Shown here piece after piece: positions 48,668 through 57,747 of a stretch of 64,000 nt of DNA; positions within the stretch are counted from its first letter, which is position 1; every line of letters begins with the position of its first letter. The notes beneath the pieces are model-generated. The model worked only from the letters and a program-made list of their open reading frames with translations. It ran no database searches and had not been told where the DNA came from. A program made the position numbers and the translations under genes. This DNA comes from Candidatus Magasanikiibacteriota bacterium (GTDB lineage Bacteria; Patescibacteriota; Patescibacteriia; Magasanikbacterales; UBA922): assembly GCA_018661775.1 (NCBI GenBank), contig JABJHO010000014.1, positions 42,305 through 106,304 of the forward strand, in the 5' to 3' direction.

Positions 48668-49636
48668 ATGCCTATATATATTATTATCATCTCTCTTATC
48701 CTTCTTTCGGGTCTTTTTTCTGGCCTTACTTTAGGCTTACTTGGATTGGACGTGGCAGAACTAAAACGAAAAATGTCTTTAGGAAACAAGGACGCGGAAA
48801 AAGTGTATCATATCAGAAAGAGGGGAAATTTATTGCTTTGCACGTTATTGCTCGGCAATGTGTGGGTAAATTCCACATTAGCTATTTTTTTGGGATCTAT
48901 GGCTAGTGGTGCCATGGCTGGTATTATAGCCACTGGCCTTATTGTCATTTTTGGTGAAATTATTCCACAAGCTGCGTTTTCTCGGTATGCATTGCAGGTT
49001 GGTGCAAAAACAGCTGGTTTGGTGCGTTTTTTTATCATCATACTTTTTCCTGTGTGTTGGCCAATAGCATGGGTTCTCGACAAAGTGTTGGGTAGGGAAA
49101 TGCCTCAGGTGTATTCAAAAAAAGAATTAATAAAAATTATTGAAGAGCATGAAGATGCCCAAGAAAGTGGTATTGATGCCGACGAAGAACGTATCGTTAC
49201 TGGCGCATTGACGTATTCAGAAAAAATAGTTGAAGATGTCATGACTCCAAGAAAAGGTGTGTATGCACTTGATAGTGCAACTTCTATCACAGAAGAGATA
49301 ATTGAAGAGATTAAGATAAAAGGGTTTACACGTATTCCGGTGTACACGGGTTCTGTAGATCAGACACTTGGTGTGTTGTATGTAAAAGATTTGTTGAATA
49401 TTCCTCTTGGTACGGCAATACAAGATGTGTTTAAAAAAGAGCGCATGTTGCAGGTGAGTAGAGAAATGAAACTCGACACTTTGCTTGCACAGTTTATTCA
49501 GACACAAATTCATTTGGCAGTAGTAAAGGATATCAGAAACCGACTCGAAGGGGTTATTTCTTTGGAAGATATTATAGAAGTGATTTTGAATCAAGATATT
49601 AACGATGAAACAGATGTTTCAGAGGTGATCTCTTAG
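48668..49636 (+). CDS. CNNM/CorB-type DUF21 + CBS-pair membrane protein (putative Mg2+/Co2+ efflux)
   Basis: SGLFSGLTLGLLGLD, FGEIIPQA and a CBS pair (DVMTPR.., GFTRIPVY). No C-terminal CorC_HlyC domain. Confidence 0.8.
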   Translation: MPIYIIIISLILLSGLFSGLTLGLLGLDVAELKRKMSLGNKDAEKVYHIRKRGNLLLCTLLLGNVWVNSTLAIFLGSMASGAMAGIIATGLIVIFGEIIPQAAFSRYALQVGAKTAGLVRFFIIILFPVCWPIAWVLDKVLGREMPQVYSKKELIKIIEEHEDAQESGIDADEERIVTGALTYSEKIVEDVMTPRKGVYALDSATSITEEIIEEIKIKGFTRIPVYTGSVDQTLGVLYVKDLLNIPLGTAIQDVFKKERMLQVSREMKLDTLLAQFIQTQIHLAVVKDIRNRLEGVISLEDIIEVILNQDINDETDVSEVIS

Positions 49637-49673
49637 TGTATTACGCTATTATTTATGTTAACTTAGTACGTGT

Positions 49674-50066
49674 ATGACTTTTGTATATCCGTATGTGCTG
49701 ACCATAATATGCATGGGACTCCTTGATTTTTTATGGTTTTCTTTCTCGTACCCTTTGTTGTATAAAAAGGGGATAGGTCATCTTATGGCCGATAAAGTTG
49801 CCATGTTTCCGGCGGCGTTATTTTATATTGTATTTGCTTTTGGACTGTATGTGTTTGTCCTAAAACCTGGATTTGCACAGCAGTTTTCAGTTACGCGCGT
49901 TTTGCTCCTTGGTATGCTTTTGGGTTTTTTGGCCTATGCAACGTATAATTTTACTAATCAAGCAACACTCAAAGATTGGCCTGTGCTGGTCACGATTGTA
50001 GATAGTGTCTGGGGGGCGGCGGTGTCTGGTGTGACCGCAACTCTTGTATATGTGTTGACACGATAG
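49674..50066 (+). CDS. Small polytopic membrane protein (DUF2177-like)
   Basis: 130 aa with four hydrophobic segments. The family call is from memory of the LDF.WF / Y.F.N.AT pattern only. Confidence 0.45.
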   Translation: MTFVYPYVLTIICMGLLDFLWFSFSYPLLYKKGIGHLMADKVAMFPAALFYIVFAFGLYVFVLKPGFAQQFSVTRVLLLGMLLGFLAYATYNFTNQATLKDWPVLVTIVDSVWGAAVSGVTATLVYVLTR

Positions 50067-50153
50067 GTTTTTGTGATGACATACTGTGTGTGCTAAAAAA
50101 CCTCAAAAAAGGGTCTATTTTAGCTATTTTCTCAACTCAATAGGGTGCTACTA

Positions 50154-50182
50154 TTGACAAGAAGGGGTTTTTAGTGTATAAT
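50154..50182 (+). promoter_or_regulatory. Consensus sigma-70 promoter with a ~105-nt leader upstream of the RRM gene
   Basis: TTGACA, 17-nt spacer, TATAAT (both hexamers perfect). Confidence 0.6.
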
Positions 50183-50296
50183 AGTCGTATAATTTTTTGT
50201 TTATCTCATGTGTGTAATAGTGCGAATGTGCACAGTTTCATCTATACTACATGATTAGCAAAAGGTTTGGATATTAATCATAAGTATAGATAAATT

Positions 50297-50557
50297 ATGT
50301 CAAAAAAATTATTTGTCGGAAACATCTCTTGGGGAGTTTCAGACGAACAACTTCAAGAATCATTTGCTGCATTTGGTGCAGTAGAAGAAGCAGTTATCAT
50401 CAAAGATAAGTTTTCTGGTCGATCAAAAGGATTTGGTTTTGTAACATATACCAATGACGAAGAAGCAGATAAAGCTATCGCAGAAATGGAAGGAAAAGAA
50501 TTGGACGGAAGAGAATTGGTAGTAAACGAAGCTCGACCACCAAGACCAAGAGAATAA
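50297..50557 (+). CDS. RRM-type RNA-binding protein
   Basis: 86 aa. RNP-2 is LFVGNI and RNP-1 is KGFGFVTY. Confidence 0.9.
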   Translation: MSKKLFVGNISWGVSDEQLQESFAAFGAVEEAVIIKDKFSGRSKGFGFVTYTNDEEADKAIAEMEGKELDGRELVVNEARPPRPRE

Positions 50558-50576
50558 GAATCATAAAATAAAAAAA

Positions 50577-50604
50577 TAGGATGTGTGCAGTCCTATTTTT
50601 TTTT
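50577..50604 (+). terminator. Terminator after the RRM gene
   Basis: tagga-9 nt-tccta followed by a T9 run. The stem is short. Confidence 0.45.
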
Positions 50605-50667
50605 ATACACTTTTTTGTTATTATAGAAGGGGTGTGTTTGTGTTAATATAAATTATATACGTATATT

Positions 50668-51591
50668 ATGAAACTAATGTATAGTATGGGCGTGCTTATG
50701 CTTTTTCTTTTGTCAGGTTTTACTGTCACTTGGTTTATGTTTGATGCACGTTCTGTGGCTAGTTACGGATCACAGTCGTCTACTGGCTTGCTGCCTGTTT
50801 TGGGTGATGATGCGGATGGTGAAAAAAAACGCACACAACAGGCACCTTCACTATTTAGACAGGTCGCCCCAGAACACAACCACATGTTTATTGCTCACGC
50901 ACTTGGGTCGGTAGATGGTGTTGCAGAAACAAACAGTAAAGAGGCATTTGTAGAAACATATCGCAATGGTTTTCGATTATTTGAGGCAGACATGTCTCAA
51001 ACAAAAGATGGAAAGGTTGCTATTTTTCATCACAGGGCTCGGCATCATATTGGTATGAGCGCTGGTATTGACGAGGTAAATCTTGGTGATTTCTTGTCGC
51101 ACAAATCTTTTGAAAAATTTACCTTACTTAGCTTAGAAGATTTACTTGATCTGATGCGTGTGTATCCAGATATGTATCTTGTGACTGATGTAAAGTCAGA
51201 TACCATGTATGCGTTGTCCCAGATTTTGGAAAGTGACGTGGTAAAAGCACAGCCAGAAATAGTACAAAGAATTATTCCACAAATATATCATCCTGAAGAA
51301 TTGGCGACCGTTCTTAGTTTATATCCTTTTTCTGATATTATTTTTACATTATACAAAACACCATTAACAAACGATGAGGTTGTACTATTTGTATCAGAGC
51401 ATCCAGAAATAACAGCAGTGACCATGTCTGCGCAAATGCGTTTTACAGAAAACATCTATAATACATTAAAAAAACTGGGTGTACAAATGTTTGTGCATAC
51501 AATAAATGATGAAAAAAAAATACAAGAATTTATAACAAAGGGAGTTGGTGTGTATACGGACAATACCACGGAAAAAGTACTGCAACGATAA
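50668..51591 (+). CDS. Glycerophosphodiester phosphodiesterase-like (GDPD/PI-PLC-X fold) membrane-anchored protein
   Basis: N-terminal TM helix, FIAHALG..NSKEAF and GFRLFEADMSQTKDGKVAIFHH. The canonical HRG is replaced by HALG. Confidence 0.55.
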   Translation: MKLMYSMGVLMLFLLSGFTVTWFMFDARSVASYGSQSSTGLLPVLGDDADGEKKRTQQAPSLFRQVAPEHNHMFIAHALGSVDGVAETNSKEAFVETYRNGFRLFEADMSQTKDGKVAIFHHRARHHIGMSAGIDEVNLGDFLSHKSFEKFTLLSLEDLLDLMRVYPDMYLVTDVKSDTMYALSQILESDVVKAQPEIVQRIIPQIYHPEELATVLSLYPFSDIIFTLYKTPLTNDEVVLFVSEHPEITAVTMSAQMRFTENIYNTLKKLGVQMFVHTINDEKKIQEFITKGVGVYTDNTTEKVLQR

Positions 51592-51668
51592 GCAAAAGAG
51601 AGTTTTTTTGATTTTGCTTGTGGATAACATGAGTAAAAATATTGTACAGCACGAAAAATTGCGGTACA

Positions 51669-51698
51669 ATGGGAAGAGGTGGGGAAAAGTGGGGATTG
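51669..51698 (+). promoter_or_regulatory. Putative MraZ operator: three direct repeats with 10-bp phasing
   Basis: aTGGGAagag / gTGGGGaaaa / gTGGGGattg at 51669, 51679 and 51689, flanked by two TACAAT -10-like hexamers (51665-51670 and 51701-51706). Lies 37 nt upstream of the mraZ ATG. Confidence 0.6.
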
Positions 51699-51734
51699 AG
51701 TACAATGCTTGTCTACTCATATTTCACTTTTGTT

Positions 51735-52166
51735 ATGTTTGTTGGCGAATATTCTCACAGTTTGGATACAAAAGGCCGTTTAGCCATACCTAAATTATTT
51801 AGGAGTGATCTTTTGGATGGTTTAGTGATAACACGAGGCATAGATGATTGTTTGTTTTTATACACAAAAACAGCATGGTCATCTGTGTCTGATTATATAT
51901 CACAACTTCCATTTTCAAAAGCACACGTTCGGGGTTTTGCCCGACTTATGTTGGCTGGCGCAACAAACCTTACTCTAGATAAACAGGGTAGGGTTTTGTT
52001 GCCCGAATATTTACGCATATATGCTCAGTTAGAAAAAGAGGTGGTGGTCGCAGGTTTGTGCAATCGCATTGAGATATGGAATAAAAAAGATTGGGAAGTT
52101 GCCTTGGACAGTGTGTTAACTGATAAACACAAAATAGCCGAGCAACTTGATACGTTGGGTTTATAA
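51735..52166 (+). CDS. mraZ: Transcriptional regulator MraZ
   Basis: MFVGEYSHSLDTKGRLAIP and a second half with LDKQGRVLLP. The internal ATG is preferred over the track start 51642. Confidence 0.85.
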   Translation: MFVGEYSHSLDTKGRLAIPKLFRSDLLDGLVITRGIDDCLFLYTKTAWSSVSDYISQLPFSKAHVRGFARLMLAGATNLTLDKQGRVLLPEYLRIYAQLEKEVVVAGLCNRIEIWNKKDWEVALDSVLTDKHKIAEQLDTLGL

Positions 52167-52178
52167 TTTTTTTACATT

Positions 52179-53105
52179 ATGAAACATGTTCCAGTTTTGT
52201 TAGATGAAGTGTTGGAAGTATTTGATTTGGACGCCGGACTGTCTGTATTGGATTGCACTCTTGGAGACGCTGGCCATGCCGAGGCAATGCTAGAAAGAAT
52301 TTCTCCTGGCGGTACGCTTGTTGGTATTGATGCTGATCCTGAGGCTGTTGTTCGTGCAAAGCATTTTCTTGAATCGTTTGGTGAGCAGGCTGTTGTTGTT
52401 CGAGATAATTTTTTACACATTGACACCATTATTTCTGGGCTCGGTTTTACGTGTGTTGATCGCATTCTCTTTGACCTTGGGTGGTCCAGTCCACAGTTTG
52501 CAGAAAGGGGGCGCGGGTTTAGTTTTTTACAATCAGATGAACCACTAGACATGCGTTTTTCTTCTGACGTGGGGAACCTTGAGAAACGACCAAACAAAAC
52601 AGCAGGGGAACTTGTAAACAGTGCATCACCTGATGTTCTGGTGCGTATATTTCGTGAATATGGGGAAGAAAAATTGGCCCATGAAATAGCAGGAGCTATT
52701 GTTGTACAAAGGACAAAAGAAGCTATAACTACCGTAAAACAGCTTGTGGAAATTATTTTAGAGGTGTATAGAAAAAAAACACATACCACAAAAGAGGTTC
52801 CATGGATAGGTGGGCTTCATCCGGCAACACGTGTATTTCAGGCATTGCGTATTGCGGTAAACAAAGAGTTAGAAGTGCTTGAGGGGGTGTTACCAAAAGC
52901 ATTGTCGCTACTTTGTCCTGGAGGAAGACTTGCGGTGATTTCTTTTCACTCTTTGGAGGATCGTTTGGTGAAACATTTTTTTAAATCACAAATTGGAAAA
53001 GGGTATCGGGTGCTCACAAAAAAACCCATCGTACCTTCGTCAGAAGAGTGTAAAGTAAATGTGCGCGCTCGATCAGCAAAACTTCGTGTAATTGAAAAAA
53101 TATGA
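52179..53105 (+). CDS. rsmH: 16S rRNA (cytosine1402-N4)-methyltransferase
   Basis: HVPVLLDEV, DCTLGDAGH, FDLGWSSPQF and SFHSLEDR. Confidence 0.95.
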   Translation: MKHVPVLLDEVLEVFDLDAGLSVLDCTLGDAGHAEAMLERISPGGTLVGIDADPEAVVRAKHFLESFGEQAVVVRDNFLHIDTIISGLGFTCVDRILFDLGWSSPQFAERGRGFSFLQSDEPLDMRFSSDVGNLEKRPNKTAGELVNSASPDVLVRIFREYGEEKLAHEIAGAIVVQRTKEAITTVKQLVEIILEVYRKKTHTTKEVPWIGGLHPATRVFQALRIAVNKELEVLEGVLPKALSLLCPGGRLAVISFHSLEDRLVKHFFKSQIGKGYRVLTKKPIVPSSEECKVNVRARSAKLRVIEKI

Positions 53106-53413
53106 CACATGGCGCAACCATAAGAGAAAAAAAAGAGCAGATCAAAAAAATGGTTTTTGGTGCACAGTTTAGGGTTGTCGTGCTCTGTTTAATTGCTTTT
53201 TTTGTTGTTCTTGATGTGGTGCAAACTAGTGCTGTTTCTACAAAAGGGTTTGAAATGCATACACACCAAACAGACATACGTAGACTAGAACAAGAAAACA
53301 GGTACCTTACGTATAAAATAGCAACATATCGCTCTATGGATAGTATACAGAAACGCCTTTCAGTATTAGGTATGGTGCCCGTAGAAAAAAAAGAGTTCCT
53401 TTTTGCAGAATAA
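53102..53413 (+). CDS. FtsL-like bitopic cell-division protein
   Basis: 103 aa. ATGA overlap with rsmH, a single TM helix followed by a coiled-coil-like segment. The position after rsmH is the main argument. Confidence 0.5.
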   Translation: MTHGATIREKKEQIKKMVFGAQFRVVVLCLIAFFVVLDVVQTSAVSTKGFEMHTHQTDIRRLEQENRYLTYKIATYRSMDSIQKRLSVLGMVPVEKKEFLFAE

Positions 53414-53516
53414 CTTCATGGTACAAAGTGCCTGCTTAGCCTCTTCTTATATATTCCCGTAATTGGGTTTTTTTGTTTTTTATGTTATCATACACCATAT
53501 ATATTTACGCACATAT

Positions 53517-53873
53517 ATGTGGATATTAGCCATACAACGCTTGTGTTTTGAGTTTATTTTTGACATACTCTTTTTTCCGTTTTGGTGGTATAGTGCAGGA
53601 CTTCTTCGTGTTGTTATTTGGGCACAGCAAATGATTGCGAGAGTGAATCAACAATTTGCTCCAGGATTGTGGATCAAAAATTTGTTTGTGCCAATGTTTG
53701 GGCAAACAGATAGGCAAGGAAGGTTGATGAGTGTATTTATGCGATTCGCGAATTTTGTTGGTCGATCAATTGCATTATTTATTTGGACTGTGCTTGTGAT
53801 TGGTTTGGTTCTACTATGGGTGATATTGCCAATCCTTTTTGTTTTGGGAGCAATAGACGCGTTGACCATCTAA
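53517..53873 (+). CDS. Membrane protein of unknown function
   Basis: 118 aa from ATG 53517. FFPFWWY motif and two or three TM helices. Its stop is 2 nt before the Clp-like gene. Confidence 0.5.
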   Translation: MWILAIQRLCFEFIFDILFFPFWWYSAGLLRVVIWAQQMIARVNQQFAPGLWIKNLFVPMFGQTDRQGRLMSVFMRFANFVGRSIALFIWTVLVIGLVLLWVILPILFVLGAIDALTI

Positions 53874-53875
53874 CT

Positions 53876-56650
53876 ATGGATTTTCAGAAGAACCCAAACA
53901 TTCCAGTACTTCCGTGTCAGACCTGTCAGATGACTGGTGCGGTTGGTATGAAGGGGTGTCATACGTGCAAGGGGTATATGGTTGCGCGAGCAGCTCGTGA
54001 CAATGTGTATTTTTTTGGTATGGCGCTTACGCGGCACCATCTTGCCTTACAGCGCGCGCGAAGAGGGCTCTACGTGTTCGAAATGATTGGAGCGCTGATT
54101 TTTACCGGGCTTGCGTTTCTTTTTTTCTGGTGGACTACGAGACCCACATTGTCAATGGCTACTGCTATTGATGGCCTACAGTATAGTTCAGGACATGGTT
54201 TTTTTAGTTCATATTTCTGGATTGAGGTGGATCATCCTGGTAAAGCGTTTTTCTTTCTTGGTTTGTTGGGGATTTGTGGCTTGATTTATCGTTACATGCG
54301 CTCCCATACAGCACCAGCAGAAGTAGAAATGAGGCCATATCGTCAAGATGCTGTGAAGGAGAAGGAAAAGGTGCTAGGAGACTGGAAACAAGTGAAAAAT
54401 TTTCCGCACAATAGTCAAATAGATATTGTGAAGGCTTACACGAGTGGGGCGAAACTCTCGATTGAGCGTGCATATGCGTTAGCGGATGCGCAGAATAGTT
54501 CTCAACTGCAGGCAGAGCACGTGTTTGTTGCACTCCTTGAACATATGGATGTAAAGGGTATTTTCATTCGATTGGGTATTCCCGTGAAATTGCTTTCTGC
54601 AAAAATTTCCGAGGGGTTTGTTGCACAAAAAGGGAATCGTGCTCCATTGCCAAATGATGATGTGATTCAGATTCTTTTTCATGCGTATGAACAGGCATAT
54701 GATGCCAGAGAACCCCAAGTCCACGTTACGGAGTTGCTGCTTGCTACGGTGGGGCAATCTTCTCATATTCAGGGCATTCTTTATGATATAGAAGTCGATA
54801 ATGAGAAGCTTTATGGCGTTGTGGAGTGGGTAAGAATTAGAAATAAATTACGCAGACAATATCACGCAACGCTCCGCGCAGGTTCTCACGTTTCTAAACA
54901 TGGCATAGACAAGGCCATGACAGCTGTTGCAACACCATTTTTAAATCATTTTAGTACCGACCTTACGCTTGCATCGATGTACGGCCATCATGAGCCATGT
55001 GTAGCAAGAGACAAAGAGATTGATGAAATATTTCGTATTGTGGAGGCTGGCAGACAAAGTATTGTGCTAGTAGGTGAACATGGTGTAGGGAAGCGGAGTA
55101 TTATAGAAGGTATTGTTGAACGCATGATTCAAGATGTGGTACCAAAGCGCATGCAAGATAAGCGGTTGGTGCAAATATCTACCTCGGCTTTGCTGGCAGG
55201 AACCACCGTTTCTGGGGCGCAAGAACGATTGTTGCATATGGCACAAGAGATTGCAAAAGCAAAAAATATTATTTTGTGTATTCATAATATTAGCGACCTT
55301 ATGGGTGGTTCAGCAGATGCCCCGGGATTAGACGTGGCTGGTACACTTTCTGATTTAATGCGCTCTGGCAACATTCTTGTTTTGGCAACTTCTACGGTAG
55401 ATGGGTTTAATAAACATATCTCCAGGTCTCGACTTGCAAGCGCAATGACACGGGTAAACATAAAAGAAATGGAAACTGACCAAGCCATTCAAGTGCTGCA
55501 GGCAAAGGCTGGGTATATTGAATATACGCATAATGTCTTTTTTTCTTACAATTCTCTTGCCGCGGCAGTAGAATATGCAAAGCGGTTTTTTCATGACCAG
55601 TGTTTGCCACAAAGTGCTATTGAAATTATAAGTGAGGTGGCAAGTTATACAAAAAATACACGCGGCGAACATGTACTGGTAAGTCAGGATGATGTGGCGC
55701 GTGTCACAGGAGAAAAAACAGGTATTCCAACCACGTCTCTTACAGAAAATGAGGCAGACAAGTTGTTGCACCTAGAAGATGAAATGCATAAGCGCGTTGT
55801 TGGGCAGTTTGAGGCGGTTAATAGTGTGGCAAATGCGTTGCGACGAGCAAGAATGCAAGTGCGATCATTAGATCGCCCGATGGCAAACTTTTTATTTTTG
55901 GGGTCAACCGGTGTAGGAAAAACAGAGCTGGCAAAAACAATAGCCGAAGTCTATTTTGGAGGAGAAGAGCAAATGATTCGGGTTGATATGAGTGAATATC
56001 AGAATACAGATAGTATATATAGACTTATTGGTCAGCCAGGGAAACAAGGTACAGGGTTGTTAACAGAAGCGGTAAGACAAAAACCGTTTTCTTTGGTTTT
56101 GCTTGATGAGTTAGAAAAGGCGCATCCCAGAATACTCGATATTTTTTTACAAGTATTTGATGATGGTAGACTTACCGACAGTGTTGGCCGTGTGATTGAT
56201 TTTACCAATACCATTATTATTGCAACGTCAAATGCAGGCACCGCATTTATCCAATCAGCAATTAGAGAACATAAAAACATGGAGGATATTCGCAAAACAT
56301 TGTTTTCACAAGAGCTCAAACAGCATTTTCGACCAGAATTTATTAACAGGTTTGACGGGGTAGTCGTCTTTAAGCCACTGCTTTTGGATGATATTAAACA
56401 TATTGCAGGAATCATGCTTGCTCGGGTAGAAGCAGAATTAGACGAAAAAGGTATGAAGTTTCGTGTCACCGAAGAAGGGTTGTCTACTTTGGCGCAACAT
56501 GGGTATGATCCAGAATATGGCGCAAGACCAATGAGAAGGGCGATTCAAGATCATGTTGAAAATGCTATTGCAGAAATTCTCTTGCGTGGTGAAGCTTCAA
56601 GAGGAGAGACTATTGTGTATGATGGCGAACATGGTGTGTATGTGGAATAG
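53876..56650 (+). CDS. Membrane-anchored ClpA/B-family AAA+ ATPase with an N-terminal CxxC zinc finger
   Basis: 924 aa from ATG 53876. It carries:
- Zinc finger CQTCQMTG..CHTCKG.
- Two TM helices.
- Two Clp_N repeats.
- D1 with GEHGVGKRS but Walker B replaced by ILCIHNISD.
- An intact D2 (GSTGVGKTELAK, LVLLDELEKA).
- No middle domain and no IGF/IGL loop. Confidence 0.85.
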   Translation: MDFQKNPNIPVLPCQTCQMTGAVGMKGCHTCKGYMVARAARDNVYFFGMALTRHHLALQRARRGLYVFEMIGALIFTGLAFLFFWWTTRPTLSMATAIDGLQYSSGHGFFSSYFWIEVDHPGKAFFFLGLLGICGLIYRYMRSHTAPAEVEMRPYRQDAVKEKEKVLGDWKQVKNFPHNSQIDIVKAYTSGAKLSIERAYALADAQNSSQLQAEHVFVALLEHMDVKGIFIRLGIPVKLLSAKISEGFVAQKGNRAPLPNDDVIQILFHAYEQAYDAREPQVHVTELLLATVGQSSHIQGILYDIEVDNEKLYGVVEWVRIRNKLRRQYHATLRAGSHVSKHGIDKAMTAVATPFLNHFSTDLTLASMYGHHEPCVARDKEIDEIFRIVEAGRQSIVLVGEHGVGKRSIIEGIVERMIQDVVPKRMQDKRLVQISTSALLAGTTVSGAQERLLHMAQEIAKAKNIILCIHNISDLMGGSADAPGLDVAGTLSDLMRSGNILVLATSTVDGFNKHISRSRLASAMTRVNIKEMETDQAIQVLQAKAGYIEYTHNVFFSYNSLAAAVEYAKRFFHDQCLPQSAIEIISEVASYTKNTRGEHVLVSQDDVARVTGEKTGIPTTSLTENEADKLLHLEDEMHKRVVGQFEAVNSVANALRRARMQVRSLDRPMANFLFLGSTGVGKTELAKTIAEVYFGGEEQMIRVDMSEYQNTDSIYRLIGQPGKQGTGLLTEAVRQKPFSLVLLDELEKAHPRILDIFLQVFDDGRLTDSVGRVIDFTNTIIIATSNAGTAFIQSAIREHKNMEDIRKTLFSQELKQHFRPEFINRFDGVVVFKPLLLDDIKHIAGIMLARVEAELDEKGMKFRVTEEGLSTLAQHGYDPEYGARPMRRAIQDHVENAIAEILLRGEASRGETIVYDGEHGVYVE

Positions 56651-56671
56651 GTTGTTAAGTGCTACGCTTTT

Positions 56672-57742
56672 ATGATAACACTCTATTTTTTTTCTAGTAT
56701 TGTCGTGTGTGCAGTGCTAACGTTTGTTGTGCGGCGTATCATGGTACGGCAGCATATTTTAGATATTCCACACAAGCAAAAAAGAAAACAGCACAAACGA
56801 GCGACACCACTTGGTGGTGGACTTGCCATATATGTGACGTGTTTGGTGGTATTGTGTGTTGAGCAGGTTGTTGGTGCAATACCAGGTGCGCATATTAGTC
56901 AGCACGTATTGTTTGGGGTTTTTGCCGGTGGTGCAATTCTCATGTTTGGCGGGTTTTTGGATGATAAATACAATCTATCGCCAAAGTATCAGATGATATT
57001 TCCGGTTTTGGCAAGTTGCGTAGCCATGTTTTTTGGACTTGGTGTAGAGAGTGCTGGTATCTCTCCGGAAAGATTTGCATTTTTGCGTTTTGTTGGTACA
57101 GACGTAGGAGACATGTCGCAGTGGGCTGTGGCCGGAAACATTATTGTATTTTTTTGGCTCATGGGTATGATGTATACCACAAAATTTTTGGATGGTTTGG
57201 ATGGGTTGGTGACTGGTATTGTGGCAATTGGTGGTATTATGGTAGCAGTTGTGAGCATGCAACCCCAATGGTTTCAGCCAGAAGTAACGTTTGTGGCCAT
57301 GGTGTTTGTGGGTTCATGTATTGGGTTTTTGTTTTGGAATTTTCATCGTGCAAAAATTTTTCTTGGTGAGGGCGGTAGTTTGTTTACTGGATTTTTTATT
57401 GCAGCACTTGCTATTATTTCTGGAAGTAAAATTGCCACAACGCTCTTGGTGATGGCGGTTCCTATTTTTGACCTTATTCGAGTTATTTTTGTACGTCTAA
57501 AAAAAGGAAAATCTATTTTTTCGGGAGATCGTGAACATTTACATTTTAAAATAGTGCAGGCTGGTTTTAGCCACACCCAAACAGTTATATTTTTTTATGG
57601 CATTGCCGCTCTGTTTGGTGTGAGTGTATTGTTTTTGCAAAGCCACCAAAAACTTCTTGCACTTTGTGTATTGTTTATCCTTATGCTCTTGTTTGGTATG
57701 GTGTATGCAAAAAGACGTAGTAATAATACTAATAAAAAATAA
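56672..57742 (+). CDS. Polyprenyl-phosphate sugar-1-phosphate transferase (WecA/TagO-like, MraY superfamily)
   Basis: 356 aa polytopic. FLDDKYNL, KFLDGLDGL and FLGEGGSLFTGF. Confidence 0.8.
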   Translation: MITLYFFSSIVVCAVLTFVVRRIMVRQHILDIPHKQKRKQHKRATPLGGGLAIYVTCLVVLCVEQVVGAIPGAHISQHVLFGVFAGGAILMFGGFLDDKYNLSPKYQMIFPVLASCVAMFFGLGVESAGISPERFAFLRFVGTDVGDMSQWAVAGNIIVFFWLMGMMYTTKFLDGLDGLVTGIVAIGGIMVAVVSMQPQWFQPEVTFVAMVFVGSCIGFLFWNFHRAKIFLGEGGSLFTGFFIAALAIISGSKIATTLLVMAVPIFDLIRVIFVRLKKGKSIFSGDREHLHFKIVQAGFSHTQTVIFFYGIAALFGVSVLFLQSHQKLLALCVLFILMLLFGMVYAKRRSNNTNKK

Positions 57743-57747
57743 TATAT

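Noticed and set aside
51619-51627. A perfect DnaA box complement, TGTGGATAA, upstream of mraZ, as a possible oriC signal.
   Set aside because: It is a single copy. A given 9-mer is expected about 0.5 times by chance on both strands of 64 kb. There is no cluster, no AT-rich unwinding element and no dnaA or dnaN nearby.
52172-52789. A 205-aa ORF antisense to rsmH. Similar long antisense ORFs lie at 15826-16419 (secD), 29138-29680 and 30053-30613 (ligA), 11519-12019 (murB), 28440-28931 (pilD), 26788-27297 (repeat protein), 37090-37557 (FTR1) and 42041-42508 (VanW).
   Set aside because: Each lies entirely inside a sense-strand gene with a clear family signature. The translations are low-complexity (Ser/Pro/Cys/Thr-rich) with no start context. 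These are typical shadow ORFs of a stop-poor antisense frame.
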